Both the position numbers and the translations under genes were made by a program. The notes below the pieces were generated by a model. It had not been told where the DNA came from. It saw only the letters and a list, made by a program, of their open reading frames with translations, and did no database searches. 64,000 bases of DNA, taken from assembly GCA_036280655.1 (NCBI GenBank), contig DASUQI010000020.1, positions 86,049-150,048 on the forward strand, given 5' to 3'. Below, in pieces: positions 52,863 through 63,071 of the stretch. Position 1 is the first letter of the stretch. Every line of letters starts with the position of its first letter. Source of the stretch: Actinomycetota bacterium (GTDB lineage: Bacteria > Actinomycetota > UBA4738 > HRBIN12).

Positions 52863-54224
52863 TCAGACCAGGCCCTGGTCGAGCATCGCGTCGGCCACCT
52901 TCGTGAACCCCGCGATGTTGGCGCCGTGCACGTAGTTGCCCGGCACGTCGTACTCCTCGGCGGTCTCGCGGCACTGCTGGTGGATCGCCTTCATGATGTC
53001 CTTCAGCCGGGCGTCGACCTCCTCGCGGGGCCACTTCAGCCGGAGGGAGTCCTGGGCCATCTCGAGGCCCGAGACCGCCACGCCGCCGGCGTTCGCGGCC
53101 TTGCCGGGGCCGTAGAGGATCCCGGCGTTCACGAACTGCTCCACGCCCTCGGGCACGGTCGGCATGTTCGCGCCCTCGCTCACGACGAAGACGCCGTTCG
53201 AGAGCAGGTTCGCCGCGTCCTTCGCGTTGATCTCGTTCTCGGTCGCGCTCGGGAACGCGCACTCGGCCGGGATGTCCCAGAGCGGGTTGTGGTCGTCGCC
53301 CGGATCGGTTGCCGTGAAGGTCGTGCCGGGGAACCGCTCCGCGTACTCGGCGATCCGACCGCGCCGCTCGTTCTTCAGCTCCATGACCCACTGGAGCTTG
53401 TCGATCGTGATGCCCTTCGGGTCGTGCACGAACCCGTCCGAGTCCGAGAGCGTGACGGCGAGCGCGCCCATCTCGCTCAGCTTCTCCACCGTGTACTGCG
53501 AGACGTTCCCACTCCCGGAGACGAGACAGGTCTTTCCCTCGAGGCTGTCCTCGCGGGTGAGGAGCATCTCGTGCGCGAAGTACACCGCGCCGTAGCCGGT
53601 CGCCTCCGGGCGGATCAGGGAGCCGCCCCATTCGAGCCCCTTGCCGGTGAGGACGCCGGTGAACTCGTTCCTGATCCGCTTGTACTGGCCGAACAGGTAC
53701 CCGATCTCGCGAGCGCCGACGCCGATGTCCCCGGCCGGCACGTCGGTGTTCGGGCCGATGTGCCGCTGCAGCTCGGTCATGAAGGACTGGCAGAAGCGCA
53801 TGACCTCCGCGTCGCTCTTTCCCTTCGGGTCGAAGTCTGCGCCGCCCTTGGCGCCGCCCATCGGCAGCGTGGTGAGCGCATTCTTGAAGATCTGCTCGAA
53901 CGCGAGGAACTTGAGGAGCCCGAGATACACGCTCGGGTGGAACCGGAGTCCGCCCTTGTACGGGCCGATCGCGCTGCTCATCTCGACGCGGAAGCCGCGG
54001 TTCACGTGGATCTCGCCCTCGTCGTCCATCCACGGGACGCGGAACATCACCACGCGCTCGGGTTCGATGATGCGTTCGAGGATCCGCTCGTGTCCGTAGT
54101 TCGGATGCCGTTCGATCACGAGCTCCACGGACGCCGCGACCTCGCGGACCGCCTGGTAGAACTCGGGCTCGCCCGGGTTCTTGGCGGTCACGTCGTCCAT
54201 CAGGCGGTCGACGTAGCGGCTCAC
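52863..54224 (-). CDS. gdhA: NADP-specific glutamate dehydrogenase, second paralog.
   Basis: It is about 80% identical at protein level to the copy at 15344..16705 and has the same length. A GTG start aligns with the Met of paralog 1, with GAAGGGGG as the RBS. Confidence 0.9.
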   Translation of the reverse strand: MSRYVDRLMDDVTAKNPGEPEFYQAVREVAASVELVIERHPNYGHERILERIIEPERVVMFRVPWMDDEGEIHVNRGFRVEMSSAIGPYKGGLRFHPSVYLGLLKFLAFEQIFKNALTTLPMGGAKGGADFDPKGKSDAEVMRFCQSFMTELQRHIGPNTDVPAGDIGVGAREIGYLFGQYKRIRNEFTGVLTGKGLEWGGSLIRPEATGYGAVYFAHEMLLTREDSLEGKTCLVSGSGNVSQYTVEKLSEMGALAVTLSDSDGFVHDPKGITIDKLQWVMELKNERRGRIAEYAERFPGTTFTATDPGDDHNPLWDIPAECAFPSATENEINAKDAANLLSNGVFVVSEGANMPTVPEGVEQFVNAGILYGPGKAANAGGVAVSGLEMAQDSLRLKWPREEVDARLKDIMKAIHQQCRETAEEYDVPGNYVHGANIAGFTKVADAMLDQGLV

Positions 54225-54391
54225 CGGTCCCCCTTCGTCGCCGGATCCAACCGGCAGGAGGGAACGCACGCGCGCCCTCCCGGACAAGCCTATACGGGAG
54301 CGGTCTGGGCCGGGACGCCACTCCCGGTGCACCGTCGCGGGGGCCGCCCGTACACTCGGGTCGTCGTGACCGTCGCTCGACCACCCCGCCC

Positions 54392-54655
54392 GTGAACGTC
54401 TGGGTCGTGCTCGTCGCCATCTTGATCGCGCTCGCGATTGCGTGGGTCGGTCTGACCGCACTGCGGGCGGCGTCCGGCGTCGGCTCGACCCGCGAGCGGA
54501 TCGAGCCCGAGGACGTCGAGGAGCTCGATGTGCGTCTGGTCTGCCGCGAGTGCGGGACGGAGCTCCGCGTAACGCGGATCGGGGAGCTGCAGATCCCGCG
54601 TCACTGCGGCGAGCCGATGGAGGTCGTCCGCGGGAGCGAGGCTGACGGCGGCTAG
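54392..54655 (+). CDS. Small protein with an N-terminal TM helix and a C-terminal zinc-ribbon-like CxxC...HC motif.
   Basis: It is an 87-aa ORF with a GTG start and high GC3. Confidence 0.4.
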   Translation: MNVWVVLVAILIALAIAWVGLTALRAASGVGSTRERIEPEDVEELDVRLVCRECGTELRVTRIGELQIPRHCGEPMEVVRGSEADGG

Positions 54656-54900
54656 CGCCAGCGGGTGGCCGCGATGAAGCCGGCCGCGATCACGCCGAGC
54701 CCGATCCAGAGCCAGTGCTGCTGCGTCCCTCCCGGCAGCAGGAAGTCCGCGTAGTTGAACACGATGATCAGCACGCCGAGGAGGATCAGGCCGAGGACGA
54801 GGTAGCCGTACCAGGCCGGGCTGGCCTTCGCCTTCTTCTTCGGCGGCGGGGCAGCGTACGGACGCGTGCCGCGGCGCTGACGCTGTCGGGACTTCGGCAT
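54652..54900 (-). CDS. crgA: Cell division protein CrgA (septation inhibitor family).
   Basis: The 82-aa protein MPKSRQRQRRGTRPYAAPPPKKKAKASPAWYGYLVLGLILLGVLIIVFNY...WLWIGLGVIAAGFIAA shows the basic N-terminus plus two TMs typical of CrgA. Confidence 0.7.
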   Translation of the reverse strand: MPKSRQRQRRGTRPYAAPPPKKKAKASPAWYGYLVLGLILLGVLIIVFNYADFLLPGGTQQHWLWIGLGVIAAGFIAATRWR

Positions 54901-54911
54901 GGCCCCCGATG

Positions 54912-57215
54912 TTACCCGGGGGATAGCCGCAGGGATCGGTCGGCGACGGCCTCGACCGCGAGCCTGGTGAACGGGGCCGGCCGAACGCCACCGGAGGCCC
55001 ACAGCCCTGCCTGGTCGTTCCAGTGCGGCGACGCCGGGTTGCCGGACTGGCCGGTGGTGAGCACGGCCACGGACGCGTCCGCATCGCCGAGATCCGTCAC
55101 GAATCGCCACGACGGCACGACCACCGCGTCGAACCCGAGCCGCGCGTCGACGCCGGCCTGCAACACGGTCTGCTCGTCCCCGCCGAGCTCGTGCTCCGCC
55201 GCGACGAATACCTCGCCGACGCCCGGGAGCCGCGCCATCGGATGCGCGAACCGCGCGTGGTGGATCGCGCCCCATCGCCACGTGTCGCGTTCGGGGCCGA
55301 GCCGCGCTTCGAGACCGGCGAGCGCATCCTCGAGCGCGGCACCGAGGAGCTCGGCCCAGGTGCCACCGCCCGGTGGCGGCTCGTCGCGTTCGAGCATGGC
55401 GGGGAGCGCCATGCAGACGAACGGCTCACGCCATGCGAAGTACCGCGCGAAGGTTTCGGGATCCGCGTCGCGGCCGAGGACCCGGGCCGCGATCTCGCCG
55501 AGCCACGTCTCATAGACCGCGGCGGCCGCCGACCCGGCCGCGAGGTCGCCGTCCCAATCGCGCAGGAGCTCGAGACCCCAGCGCCCCGCATCGGACGTCG
55601 CGTCGACCTCCCGCAACCGCGGGAGGAGCCGTCGCGCGGGGAGCGAGACCGTGTCCACCTGGAGCGCGACCGAAAGCTCGATCGAGAGGGCCTCGGTCTC
55701 GCGCAGGACGTCTGCGATCCGGTTCGCGCGGAACGGCGGGTGGAAGTCGAGCCCGAGCAGGTGCGGATACGCGTCGTCGTGCACCCGATGGTTCGCGGTC
55801 GCGATCACGCCGCCCTCCGGATCCACGGACCATGGGAGCTCGTCGAACGGCACCCAGGCGTCCCACTCGTGCTCGGAGGTCCAGCCGGGTACCGGCGCCG
55901 AGCCGTCGCCCGCACGGCGGACGGGAAAGCGGCCGGTGCACTGGTAGCCGATCGTGCGGGCGTCCGCATAGCCGATGTTCAGGCCCGGGCAGCCGAATCC
56001 ATGGACGGCGCGGCGGAACTCCTCGAACGAGGCTGCCTGTGCCATCTCGACGAAGGTCCACGGCTCGACGACCCCGTCGGCCGCCGTCCATCGGAGCGCG
56101 AACGTCCCGTCCACGGGCTCGAACTCCGTGCCCGCGACGCCGACGGCCGCCGTATCGAGGATCGGGCCGTGGCGCGTCTCGCGCACCTCGAACGTGAAGG
56201 GGTCGGCCCCGCGCACCTCGATCGACTCGGCGTGCACGAGCAGGGGCTCCCACCCGCCGTCGAACTCGGCCGCGGTCTCGTCGTCGTCCAGCCGTTCGAC
56301 GTACAGGTCCTGGACGTCGCCGGACGCGATCGTGAGGCCCCAGGCGTGGTGCCCGGTCGTCCCGATCAGGATCCCCGGCGCGAACGGGAAAGCGACCCCG
56401 CGCACCTCGTACGCCGGGGCACGCAGGTGGGTCTCGAACCAGGCGGCGGGCTGCTGCACCAGCAGGTGCGGGTCGTTCGCGAGCAGGGGCGCCCCACTCG
56501 CGGTCCGCGAGCCCGCGACGACCCAGTTGTTCGAGCCCTGGGCGCTCGGGCGGGGGAGCCGGTCGAGCAGTCCGTCGGCGAGCGCGTCGAGCCCGGCCGT
56601 CGTTGCCGCGGTGAGCTCGGCGGACCCCGGCCGGGCGGGCGGCAGGAGCGCGTCCGCGTCGGCACCTGGCCGTTCCGACAGGCGGAGCCGCAACAGCTCG
56701 CGGTCCCAGTTGCCCGAGAGCCCCCAGGCGATGTACGCGAAGACGGCCGCCCAGGGCTCCAGGCCCTCGGGCAGGTCGGGTTCGACGGCGAGGAGCCGGT
56801 GCTCGAGCGGCGGCGCGGGCATCGCGGCCACCCACGCGCGGGCGCCGTCCACGAACCGGCGAAGCATCGTCAGCGAGTCCTCGCTCCAGCGCCCGATCTC
56901 CAGAGCGCCGATCCGGTGGAAGCCGACCGTCCGGGCGAACCGGTCGGCCGGGATGCTGACCTCGCCGAACCATCCGGCCAGCCGGCCGTTCGCGGCGCGG
57001 AGCGCGAGCTCGATCTGGAACAACCGCTCCGAGGCCTGCACGAACCCCTGGGCGAACCAGAGGTCCTCGAGGGAGTCCGCCGACAGGTACGGGATGCCCC
57101 ATCGGTCGCGCAGGACCTCGACGGGCCGCTCGAGCCCCGGCACCGCGAGCTCGCCCTCGTACGGGGGGAGGGCCTCCCGCGCGGCCGAACGCAGCTCCTC
57201 GAGCGGGTCCGTCAC
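54912..57215 (-). CDS. Penicillin acylase family (Ntn-hydrolase, S45) protein, apparently lacking a signal peptide.
   Basis: The roughly 767-aa protein has a beta-subunit N-terminal nucleophile context ...AQGSNNWVVAG... and a conserved alpha-subunit region. The GTG start at 57215 was chosen to avoid overlap with the divergent fadD. Confidence 0.85.
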   Translation of the reverse strand: MTDPLEELRSAAREALPPYEGELAVPGLERPVEVLRDRWGIPYLSADSLEDLWFAQGFVQASERLFQIELALRAANGRLAGWFGEVSIPADRFARTVGFHRIGALEIGRWSEDSLTMLRRFVDGARAWVAAMPAPPLEHRLLAVEPDLPEGLEPWAAVFAYIAWGLSGNWDRELLRLRLSERPGADADALLPPARPGSAELTAATTAGLDALADGLLDRLPRPSAQGSNNWVVAGSRTASGAPLLANDPHLLVQQPAAWFETHLRAPAYEVRGVAFPFAPGILIGTTGHHAWGLTIASGDVQDLYVERLDDDETAAEFDGGWEPLLVHAESIEVRGADPFTFEVRETRHGPILDTAAVGVAGTEFEPVDGTFALRWTAADGVVEPWTFVEMAQAASFEEFRRAVHGFGCPGLNIGYADARTIGYQCTGRFPVRRAGDGSAPVPGWTSEHEWDAWVPFDELPWSVDPEGGVIATANHRVHDDAYPHLLGLDFHPPFRANRIADVLRETEALSIELSVALQVDTVSLPARRLLPRLREVDATSDAGRWGLELLRDWDGDLAAGSAAAAVYETWLGEIAARVLGRDADPETFARYFAWREPFVCMALPAMLERDEPPPGGGTWAELLGAALEDALAGLEARLGPERDTWRWGAIHHARFAHPMARLPGVGEVFVAAEHELGGDEQTVLQAGVDARLGFDAVVVPSWRFVTDLGDADASVAVLTTGQSGNPASPHWNDQAGLWASGGVRPAPFTRLAVEAVADRSLRLSPG

Positions 57216-57293
57216 GGGCGGGGAGCCTACCCGGCGGCCGCCGACCCGCTCCGAGCGCTGGAGGCGGGTTGAGCGCGCGGCCCCCCCTCTGGA

Positions 57294-59033
57294 ATGATGC
57301 GCGACGTGACCGACCATCGGCCGTGGTTCGCGACCTATCCGCCCGAGGTCCCCCACACGGTCGAGCCGTACCCGGACCTGTCGGTGTTCGGCATGCTCGA
57401 GCAGTCGGCCCGGACCAACCCGGACGCGACGGCGATCGGCTGGTTCGGCAAGCGGCGCTCGTACGCCTGGCTCCTGTCGGAGGTCGAGCGCTGCTCGGCC
57501 GCGCTCGCCGGGCTCGGCGTGGGCCGGGGTGACCGCGTCGCGCTGATCATGCCGAACTGCCCGCAGTACATCGTCGCGTTCTACGCGACCGTTCGCATCG
57601 GTGCGGTCGTCGTCGGCAACAACCCCCTGTACACGGATCGGGAGATGGAGCTCCAGCTGCGCGACTGCGGCGCGAAGGTCGTGATCGTGCTCGACCTCAT
57701 GTACTCGGACTATGCCGACGTGTTCGAGACCGTCGGCATCGACCATGTGATCGTGGCGCGGCTCAACGACTACATGCCGTTCCCGAAGAAGCAGCTCGCG
57801 CCCGCGCTGCGGTTCAAGAAGCGGCAGCTCGAGCAGGGCAAGCCGTGGCCCCCCGTCCCGAAGGGCGCCCCGGTCAGCTGGTGGGAACGATGGCTCGCCG
57901 CCGCGGGACCGGCGCCGGTCGCGGCCCGGCTCGACCCCGCGAAGGACGCGGCCGGGTTCATCTACACGGGCGGCACGACCGGGATCTCGAAGGGCGCGAT
58001 GCTCTCGCATCGCAACATGGTCGCGAACGCGATGCAGGCGGTCGCGTTCCTCCAGCTGAAGCAGGGGGAGGAGGCGCTCCTCGGGCCGCTGCCGTTCTTC
58101 CATTCCTTCGGGATGCTGACGATGAACGTCGCGATCCGCGTCGCCGGCAAGATGGTGCCGATCCCGAACCCGCGGGACCTGCACCTCGTGCTCGAGGAGA
58201 TGGCCAAGGAGAAGCCGACGTTCGTCCCCGGCGTCCCCAGGCTCTTCAACGCGCTCAACGAGTCGCCGCTCACGAAGAAGTTCGACCTGCGGTCGGTGAA
58301 GGCGTGCATCTCGGGGGCGGCGCCGCTCCCCACCGCCGTGGCCGAACGCTTCGCGCAGATCACCGGCGGGGCGAAGCTCGTCGAGGGCTACGGGCTCACC
58401 GAGTGCTCGCCGGTCACCCACGCGAACCCGCTCGACGCGCCGCGGACCGGGGCGATCGGTGTGCCGATGCCCGACACGGACTGCAAGATCGTCGACCTCG
58501 AGGACCCGGACCGGGAGCTCCCGGCCGGCGAGCGCGGCGAGCTCTGCATCCGGGGGCCGCAGGTGATGCTCGGCTATTGGAACCGGCCGGAGGAGACGGC
58601 GCTCGCGATCCGGAACGGCTGGTTCCACACGGGCGACGTCGCGATCATGGAGCCCGACGGTTTCTTCCGGATCGTCGACCGGCTGAAGGAGATGATCATC
58701 GTCTCCGGGTTCAACGTGTACCCGAATGAGGTCGAGGACGCGCTCTACCACCACCCGAAGGTCTCGAAGGTCGCGGTGATCGGCGTCCCCGACGACACGA
58801 CGGGCGAGGCCGTCAAGGCGTTCGTCGTCCTGAAGGAGGGCGAGACCGCGACGCCCGAGGAGATCGTCGCCTGGGCGCGGGACCCGGAGAACGGCCTCAC
58901 CGCGTACCGCGCGCCCAAGCAGGTCGAGTTCCGCGACGAGCTGCCCGAGACGATGGTCGGCAAGGTGCTCCGCCGGGTGCTGGCGGAGGAGGAGCGAAGC
59001 AGGGCCGGAGCGGGCGCGCCTCCCGCTCCGTGA
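57294..59033 (+). CDS. fadD: Long-chain-fatty-acid--CoA ligase (AMP-dependent synthetase).
   Basis: The 579-aa protein has YTGGTTGISKGAMLSHRN (the AMP-binding P-loop) and GYGLTECSP...GWFHTGDV motifs. Confidence 0.9.
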   Translation: MMRDVTDHRPWFATYPPEVPHTVEPYPDLSVFGMLEQSARTNPDATAIGWFGKRRSYAWLLSEVERCSAALAGLGVGRGDRVALIMPNCPQYIVAFYATVRIGAVVVGNNPLYTDREMELQLRDCGAKVVIVLDLMYSDYADVFETVGIDHVIVARLNDYMPFPKKQLAPALRFKKRQLEQGKPWPPVPKGAPVSWWERWLAAAGPAPVAARLDPAKDAAGFIYTGGTTGISKGAMLSHRNMVANAMQAVAFLQLKQGEEALLGPLPFFHSFGMLTMNVAIRVAGKMVPIPNPRDLHLVLEEMAKEKPTFVPGVPRLFNALNESPLTKKFDLRSVKACISGAAPLPTAVAERFAQITGGAKLVEGYGLTECSPVTHANPLDAPRTGAIGVPMPDTDCKIVDLEDPDRELPAGERGELCIRGPQVMLGYWNRPEETALAIRNGWFHTGDVAIMEPDGFFRIVDRLKEMIIVSGFNVYPNEVEDALYHHPKVSKVAVIGVPDDTTGEAVKAFVVLKEGETATPEEIVAWARDPENGLTAYRAPKQVEFRDELPETMVGKVLRRVLAEEERSRAGAGAPPAP

Positions 59034-59575
59034 GCCCGCTCCCGGTCGATCTCGGCGAGGGGGCGCTCCTCCGCAAGCTCCGCATCGAGGATCTCGACCC
59101 CGTGTGGGGGCTGATCCAGACAGAACGCGAGCGCATCGGCGCCTGGATGCCGTGGGTCGAGGCCACCAGGACGATCGACGACCAGCGTGAGTGGCTCGAG
59201 GGTGTCATCCGGGACGAACGGAACCTCGACGGTCTCGGCATCTTCGTCGATGGAAGCTACGTCGGCGGCGTCGGGATGGTGATGGATGCGTTCCGGATCG
59301 CCGGCGACATCGGCTACTGGATCGGGGGCGAGCACGAGGGCAGGGGCCTCGTGTCCCGGGCGGTGCGGGCCATGATCGACATCGGCTTCCGAGATCTCGG
59401 CCTGCACCGGATCGTGATCCGTGCCGGCGAGGAGAACCATCGGAGCCGGGCGATCCCCGAGCGTTTGGGGTTCACGCGCGAGGGAGTCGCGCGGGGCGAG
59501 GGCCGGGGTTCCGGCGGGTTCTACGACCTCGTCGTCTACAGCGTGCTCGAGGACGAGTGGCCCCCCAAGGCTTGA
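59030..59575 (+). CDS. GNAT family N-acetyltransferase (RimJ/RimL-like).
   Basis: A GTG start overlaps the fadD stop as GTGA. The acetyl-CoA binding motif region is ...YWIGGEHEGRGLVSRAVRAMIDIGF.... Confidence 0.8.
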   Translation: MSPLPVDLGEGALLRKLRIEDLDPVWGLIQTERERIGAWMPWVEATRTIDDQREWLEGVIRDERNLDGLGIFVDGSYVGGVGMVMDAFRIAGDIGYWIGGEHEGRGLVSRAVRAMIDIGFRDLGLHRIVIRAGEENHRSRAIPERLGFTREGVARGEGRGSGGFYDLVVYSVLEDEWPPKA

Positions 59576-60261
59576 CCGCCGTCGTCTTCGACCTGTTCGG
59601 AACGCTCGTCTACGAGTTCCCGCGGTCGGACTGGAACGAGTGGCTCCGAACGGCGGCCGCGGTCCTCGAGGCCGATGCGGATGCGTTCGAGGCCGCGTGG
59701 TCGGCGACCGGGATCGAGCGGCAGACCGGGCGGCTCGGCGACGTCGAGGAGAACCTGCGGACCGTCGCCGCCCGGGCGGGGGCGTGGCCGACGGACGCAC
59801 AGATCACGGAGGCGCTCGAGGCGCGCGCCGAGATGTACCGGCGGTGGTTCGTTCCTCGGCCCGGGGCGGAGGAGGTGCTCGCCCGGCTTCGCGCGGACGG
59901 GAGGCCGCTCGCCCTCATCAGCATGTGCGCGCCCGACGCGCCCGCGATGTGGCGGTCGTCCCCGCTGGGCGGCTCGGTCGACGTCGAGGTCTTCTCGTGT
60001 GAGACCGGACTGCGCAAGCCGCATCCCGAGATCTACCTGCGCGCGACCGAGGAGCTCGGCGTGTCGCCGGCGGCCTGTCTGTACGTCGGCGACGGCGCCT
60101 ACGGCGAGCTCTCGGGCGCGGCGGCGGTGGGCATGCACCCGGTCCTGATCCGTGACCCGGACGAGCAGGAGGAGATGCTCCGTCCCGAGGCCGAGGAGTG
60201 GACGGAGGGCTCGATCGGAACGCTCCTCGAGGTGCCGGGGCTGCTCGCGTCGGGCGGCTGA
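59572..60261 (+). CDS. HAD-superfamily hydrolase (subfamily IA-like).
   Basis: A TTG start overlaps the GNAT stop as TTGA. Motif I (VVFDLFGTL) lies near the N-terminus and motif IV (LYVGDGAYGELSGAAAVGM) is present. Confidence 0.75.
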   Translation: MTAVVFDLFGTLVYEFPRSDWNEWLRTAAAVLEADADAFEAAWSATGIERQTGRLGDVEENLRTVAARAGAWPTDAQITEALEARAEMYRRWFVPRPGAEEVLARLRADGRPLALISMCAPDAPAMWRSSPLGGSVDVEVFSCETGLRKPHPEIYLRATEELGVSPAACLYVGDGAYGELSGAAAVGMHPVLIRDPDEQEEMLRPEAEEWTEGSIGTLLEVPGLLASGG

Positions 60262-60265
60262 CCCG

Positions 60266-61192
60266 TCAGAGGGCGCCGACCGCGCGCGCGGCGTCGAGCG
60301 CGGTCTCGAGCTCCTCGTCGGTGAGCGCGCGGAGCGGGGCGCGGACGTCCGGACGGACCGGCACCCCGCGCGCGCCGAGGATCGCCTTGAGCGCCGGCTG
60401 GAACGGCAGCGACCCGAGGCGTTGCCGGAGCGTGGTCACGTGCTCGCCCGCCTCGGCGCTGCGATCGTGGACGAGCGCCGCGACGATCTCGGGGAACGCG
60501 GTCGCGAGCCCCGACACCGCGCCGGTCGCTCCCCGTCCGAGCGCCTCGAGGACCAGCGGCTCCGACCCGACGAACAGATCGAGTCCGTCGAGCGCGTACG
60601 GCTCGACGGCCTCCCAGGGCGTGTCGGAGACCTTCATGCCGGCGAGGTTCGGCGCCTCCTCGCGCAGGCGTTCGATCGCCCGGACCGGGATCGCGTACCC
60701 CGACCGCGCGGCGAACTCGTACACGTAGAACGGGAGCGGCGCACACGCCCCGGCCGCCGCGCGCAGGTGGTCGAGGACGGCGGCCGCGTCGAGCGGGAAG
60801 TAGGGCGGGGCGATCACCGCCACGGCATCGGCGCCGATCTCCTTCGCGTGCGCCGCGAGCTCGACGGTATCGGCCGTGGACTGCGCGCCGGCGTGCACCG
60901 CGACCAGGAACCCGTCCGGGCGGGTCTCGAGGAAACGTTCGGCCGCGCGTCGGCGTTCGTCGATCGAGAGGAGCACGCCCTCGCCGGTCGTTCCGCAGGC
61001 GAGGAGGCCGTCGGTGCCGCCGCCCGCGAGGAAGCGGACGAGCGGGCCGAACGCCTGCTCGTCCAGGCGCCTCCCGCCGTCGGCGAGCGGCGTGACCGCG
61101 GCCGTGATCGCTCCCCGAAGCACGGCCCGGATGCTACCGGCTGCCCGCGAAGGTCTCGCGCTCGTTTGGCCCGGAGACGGGTCGGGAACCAT
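60266..61192 (-). CDS. Dihydrodipicolinate synthase/N-acetylneuraminate lyase family protein (DapA-like class I aldolase). The start is uncertain.
   Basis: Family motifs include ...AITAAVTPLADGG..., GLLACGTTGEG... and a Schiff-base lysine context ...NLAGMKVSDT... Confidence 0.8.
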   Translation of the reverse strand: MVPDPSPGQTSARPSRAAGSIRAVLRGAITAAVTPLADGGRRLDEQAFGPLVRFLAGGGTDGLLACGTTGEGVLLSIDERRRAAERFLETRPDGFLVAVHAGAQSTADTVELAAHAKEIGADAVAVIAPPYFPLDAAAVLDHLRAAAGACAPLPFYVYEFAARSGYAIPVRAIERLREEAPNLAGMKVSDTPWEAVEPYALDGLDLFVGSEPLVLEALGRGATGAVSGLATAFPEIVAALVHDRSAEAGEHVTTLRQRLGSLPFQPALKAILGARGVPVRPDVRAPLRALTDEELETALDAARAVGAL

Positions 61193-61224
61193 CCGATCGA
61201 CACGGTCGATCGAAGGAGGATCCG

Positions 61225-61377
61225 ATGTGCCTGACCTGCGGGTGCGGCCAGCCGCACGAGGACCACGGCAACCCCGACAACTTCACCTACGAGGACCTTG
61301 AGAAGGCGGCCGATGCGGGGGAGGTCTCCGTGACCGACGCCGTCAAGAACATCCAGGACGGGATGGCGAACGTCTGA
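61225..61377 (+). CDS. Small Cys/His-rich protein (50 aa, MCLTCGCGQPHEDHGNPDNF...), a putative metal-binding peptide.
   Basis: A strong AAGGAGG RBS lies 6 nt upstream of the ATG. GC3 is high. Its stop overlaps the next start as TGATG. Confidence 0.5.
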   Translation: MCLTCGCGQPHEDHGNPDNFTYEDLEKAADAGEVSVTDAVKNIQDGMANV

Positions 61378-61634
61378 TGGCCGCGATGAACGAACGACCG
61401 ACGGAGGACCTGCGCTGTCCGATCTGCGGCAAGGGCGTGCTCCGCGACATCGCCTACGACGAGAATCCGGCGGAGCCGAACGGCATCAAGCAGGCACCCG
61501 AGAGCGTGGAGGTACTGACGTACACGTGTGGGCACGAGGTCGAGGCCCACCGGCTCGAGGAGGCCGCGCGGCGAGATCCCAACGTCGAGCGCAGGGAGTC
61601 CGAGGAGACCGTCGGGGACGTCGGGCTGACCTGA
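61377..61634 (+). CDS. Small zinc-ribbon protein (85 aa, CPICG...CGHEVEAH).
   Basis: It is translationally coupled to the upstream small ORF and has high GC3. Confidence 0.5.
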   Translation: MAAMNERPTEDLRCPICGKGVLRDIAYDENPAEPNGIKQAPESVEVLTYTCGHEVEAHRLEEAARRDPNVERRESEETVGDVGLT

Positions 61635-61650
61635 CGCCGAGCGGCTACGC

Positions 61651-62949
61651 CTACCGGTCGAACTGCGCCCGCTCGGTCGAGCCCTCGAGCGCGGTCGTCG
61701 ACGAGGTCCCACCGCTCACGACCTGCGACACCGCGTCGAAGTACCCGGTGCCGACCTCCCGCTGGTGCCGGACCGCGGTGTAACCGTCGGCCTCGAGCTC
61801 GAACTCACGCTCCTGAAGCCGGACGTAGGCCGCCATGCCCTCCTCGGCGTAGCCGCGCGCGAGCTCGAACATCGAGGCGTTCAGCGCGTGGAAGCCGGCG
61901 AGCGTGATGAACTGGAACCGGTAACCCATCGCCCCGAGCTCCTTCTGGAAGCGGGCGATCCGGTCGTCGTCGAGGTTCTTGCGCCAGTTGAAGCTCGGCG
62001 AGCAGTTGTACGCGAGGAGCTTGTCGGGGTAGCGGGCGTGGATCGCGTCGGCGAACGTGCGCGCCTCGTCGATGTCGGGCGTCGAGGTCTCGCACCAGAG
62101 CACGTCGGCGTACGGCGCGTAGGCGAGCCCCCGCGCGATCGCCGCCTCCACGCCACCGCGGACGTGGAAGAAGCCCTCGGCCGTGCGCTCGCCCGTGAGG
62201 AACGGCTCGTCTCGCTCGTCCGCGTCGCTCAGGAGCAGCGTCGCGGCGTCCGCGTCGGTCCGCGCGACCAGCACGATCGGGACATTCGACACGTCGGCGG
62301 CGAGGCGCGCCGCGGTGAGCGTGCGGACGAACTGCGACGTCGGCACGAGCACCTTGCCGCCGAGATGACCGCACTTCTTCTCGCTCGCGAGCTGGTCCTC
62401 GAAGTGCACGCCGGCGGCGCCCGCCTCGATCATCGAGCGCGCGAGCTCGAACGCGTTCAGCGGCCCGCCGAACCCGGCCTCGGCGTCGGCCACGACCGGA
62501 GCCATCCAGTAGGTCCCGTTCACGCCCTCGGACCAAGCGATCTGGTCCGCCCGTCGCAGCGCGTTGTTGATCCGCCGCACGAGCGCGGGGACGCTCGGCG
62601 GAGGGTAGAGCGACTGGTCCGGGTAGGTCTCGCCGGCGAGGTTCGCGTCGGCCGCGACCTGCCATCCCGAGACGTAGATCGCCTGGAGCCCCGCCTTCAC
62701 CATCTCCACGGCTTGCCCGCCGGTCATGGCCCCGAGCGCCGGCACGTAGTCCGAACTCGAGAGCAGCGACCAGAGGCGTTCGGCGCCGAGCTTGGCCAGG
62801 GTGTGCTCGATCGAGACCGAGCCGCGAAGGCGGATCACGTCCTCCGCGGAGTACGTGCGTTCGGTCCCGTTCCAGCGCGCGGCAGTGCTCCAGTGGGCGC
62901 GCAGCGGCTCGGCCTCGAGGCGTATGCGGTCGTTCGACGTGAGTTCCAT
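61651..62949 (-). CDS. aceA: Isocitrate lyase.
   Basis: The 432-aa protein has the catalytic motif KKCGHLGGK, the N-terminus ...[14 protein letters not shown]..., and [14 protein letters not shown] near the C-terminus. Confidence 0.93.
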   Translation of the reverse strand: MELTSNDRIRLEAEPLRAHWSTAARWNGTERTYSAEDVIRLRGSVSIEHTLAKLGAERLWSLLSSSDYVPALGAMTGGQAVEMVKAGLQAIYVSGWQVAADANLAGETYPDQSLYPPPSVPALVRRINNALRRADQIAWSEGVNGTYWMAPVVADAEAGFGGPLNAFELARSMIEAGAAGVHFEDQLASEKKCGHLGGKVLVPTSQFVRTLTAARLAADVSNVPIVLVARTDADAATLLLSDADERDEPFLTGERTAEGFFHVRGGVEAAIARGLAYAPYADVLWCETSTPDIDEARTFADAIHARYPDKLLAYNCSPSFNWRKNLDDDRIARFQKELGAMGYRFQFITLAGFHALNASMFELARGYAEEGMAAYVRLQEREFELEADGYTAVRHQREVGTGYFDAVSQVVSGGTSSTTALEGSTERAQFDR

Positions 62950-63071
62950 GGTGTGCCTCCCGGGTACCCGTCCCCGTTGGGGGAGAAACGAGCGACCCCG
63001 CGGTCGCGAGGGTCGGCAGGCGCTCGGGGCCCGGCTCGCGGGCCCGGCGCTAGGGCACGGCTACTCGGAGA

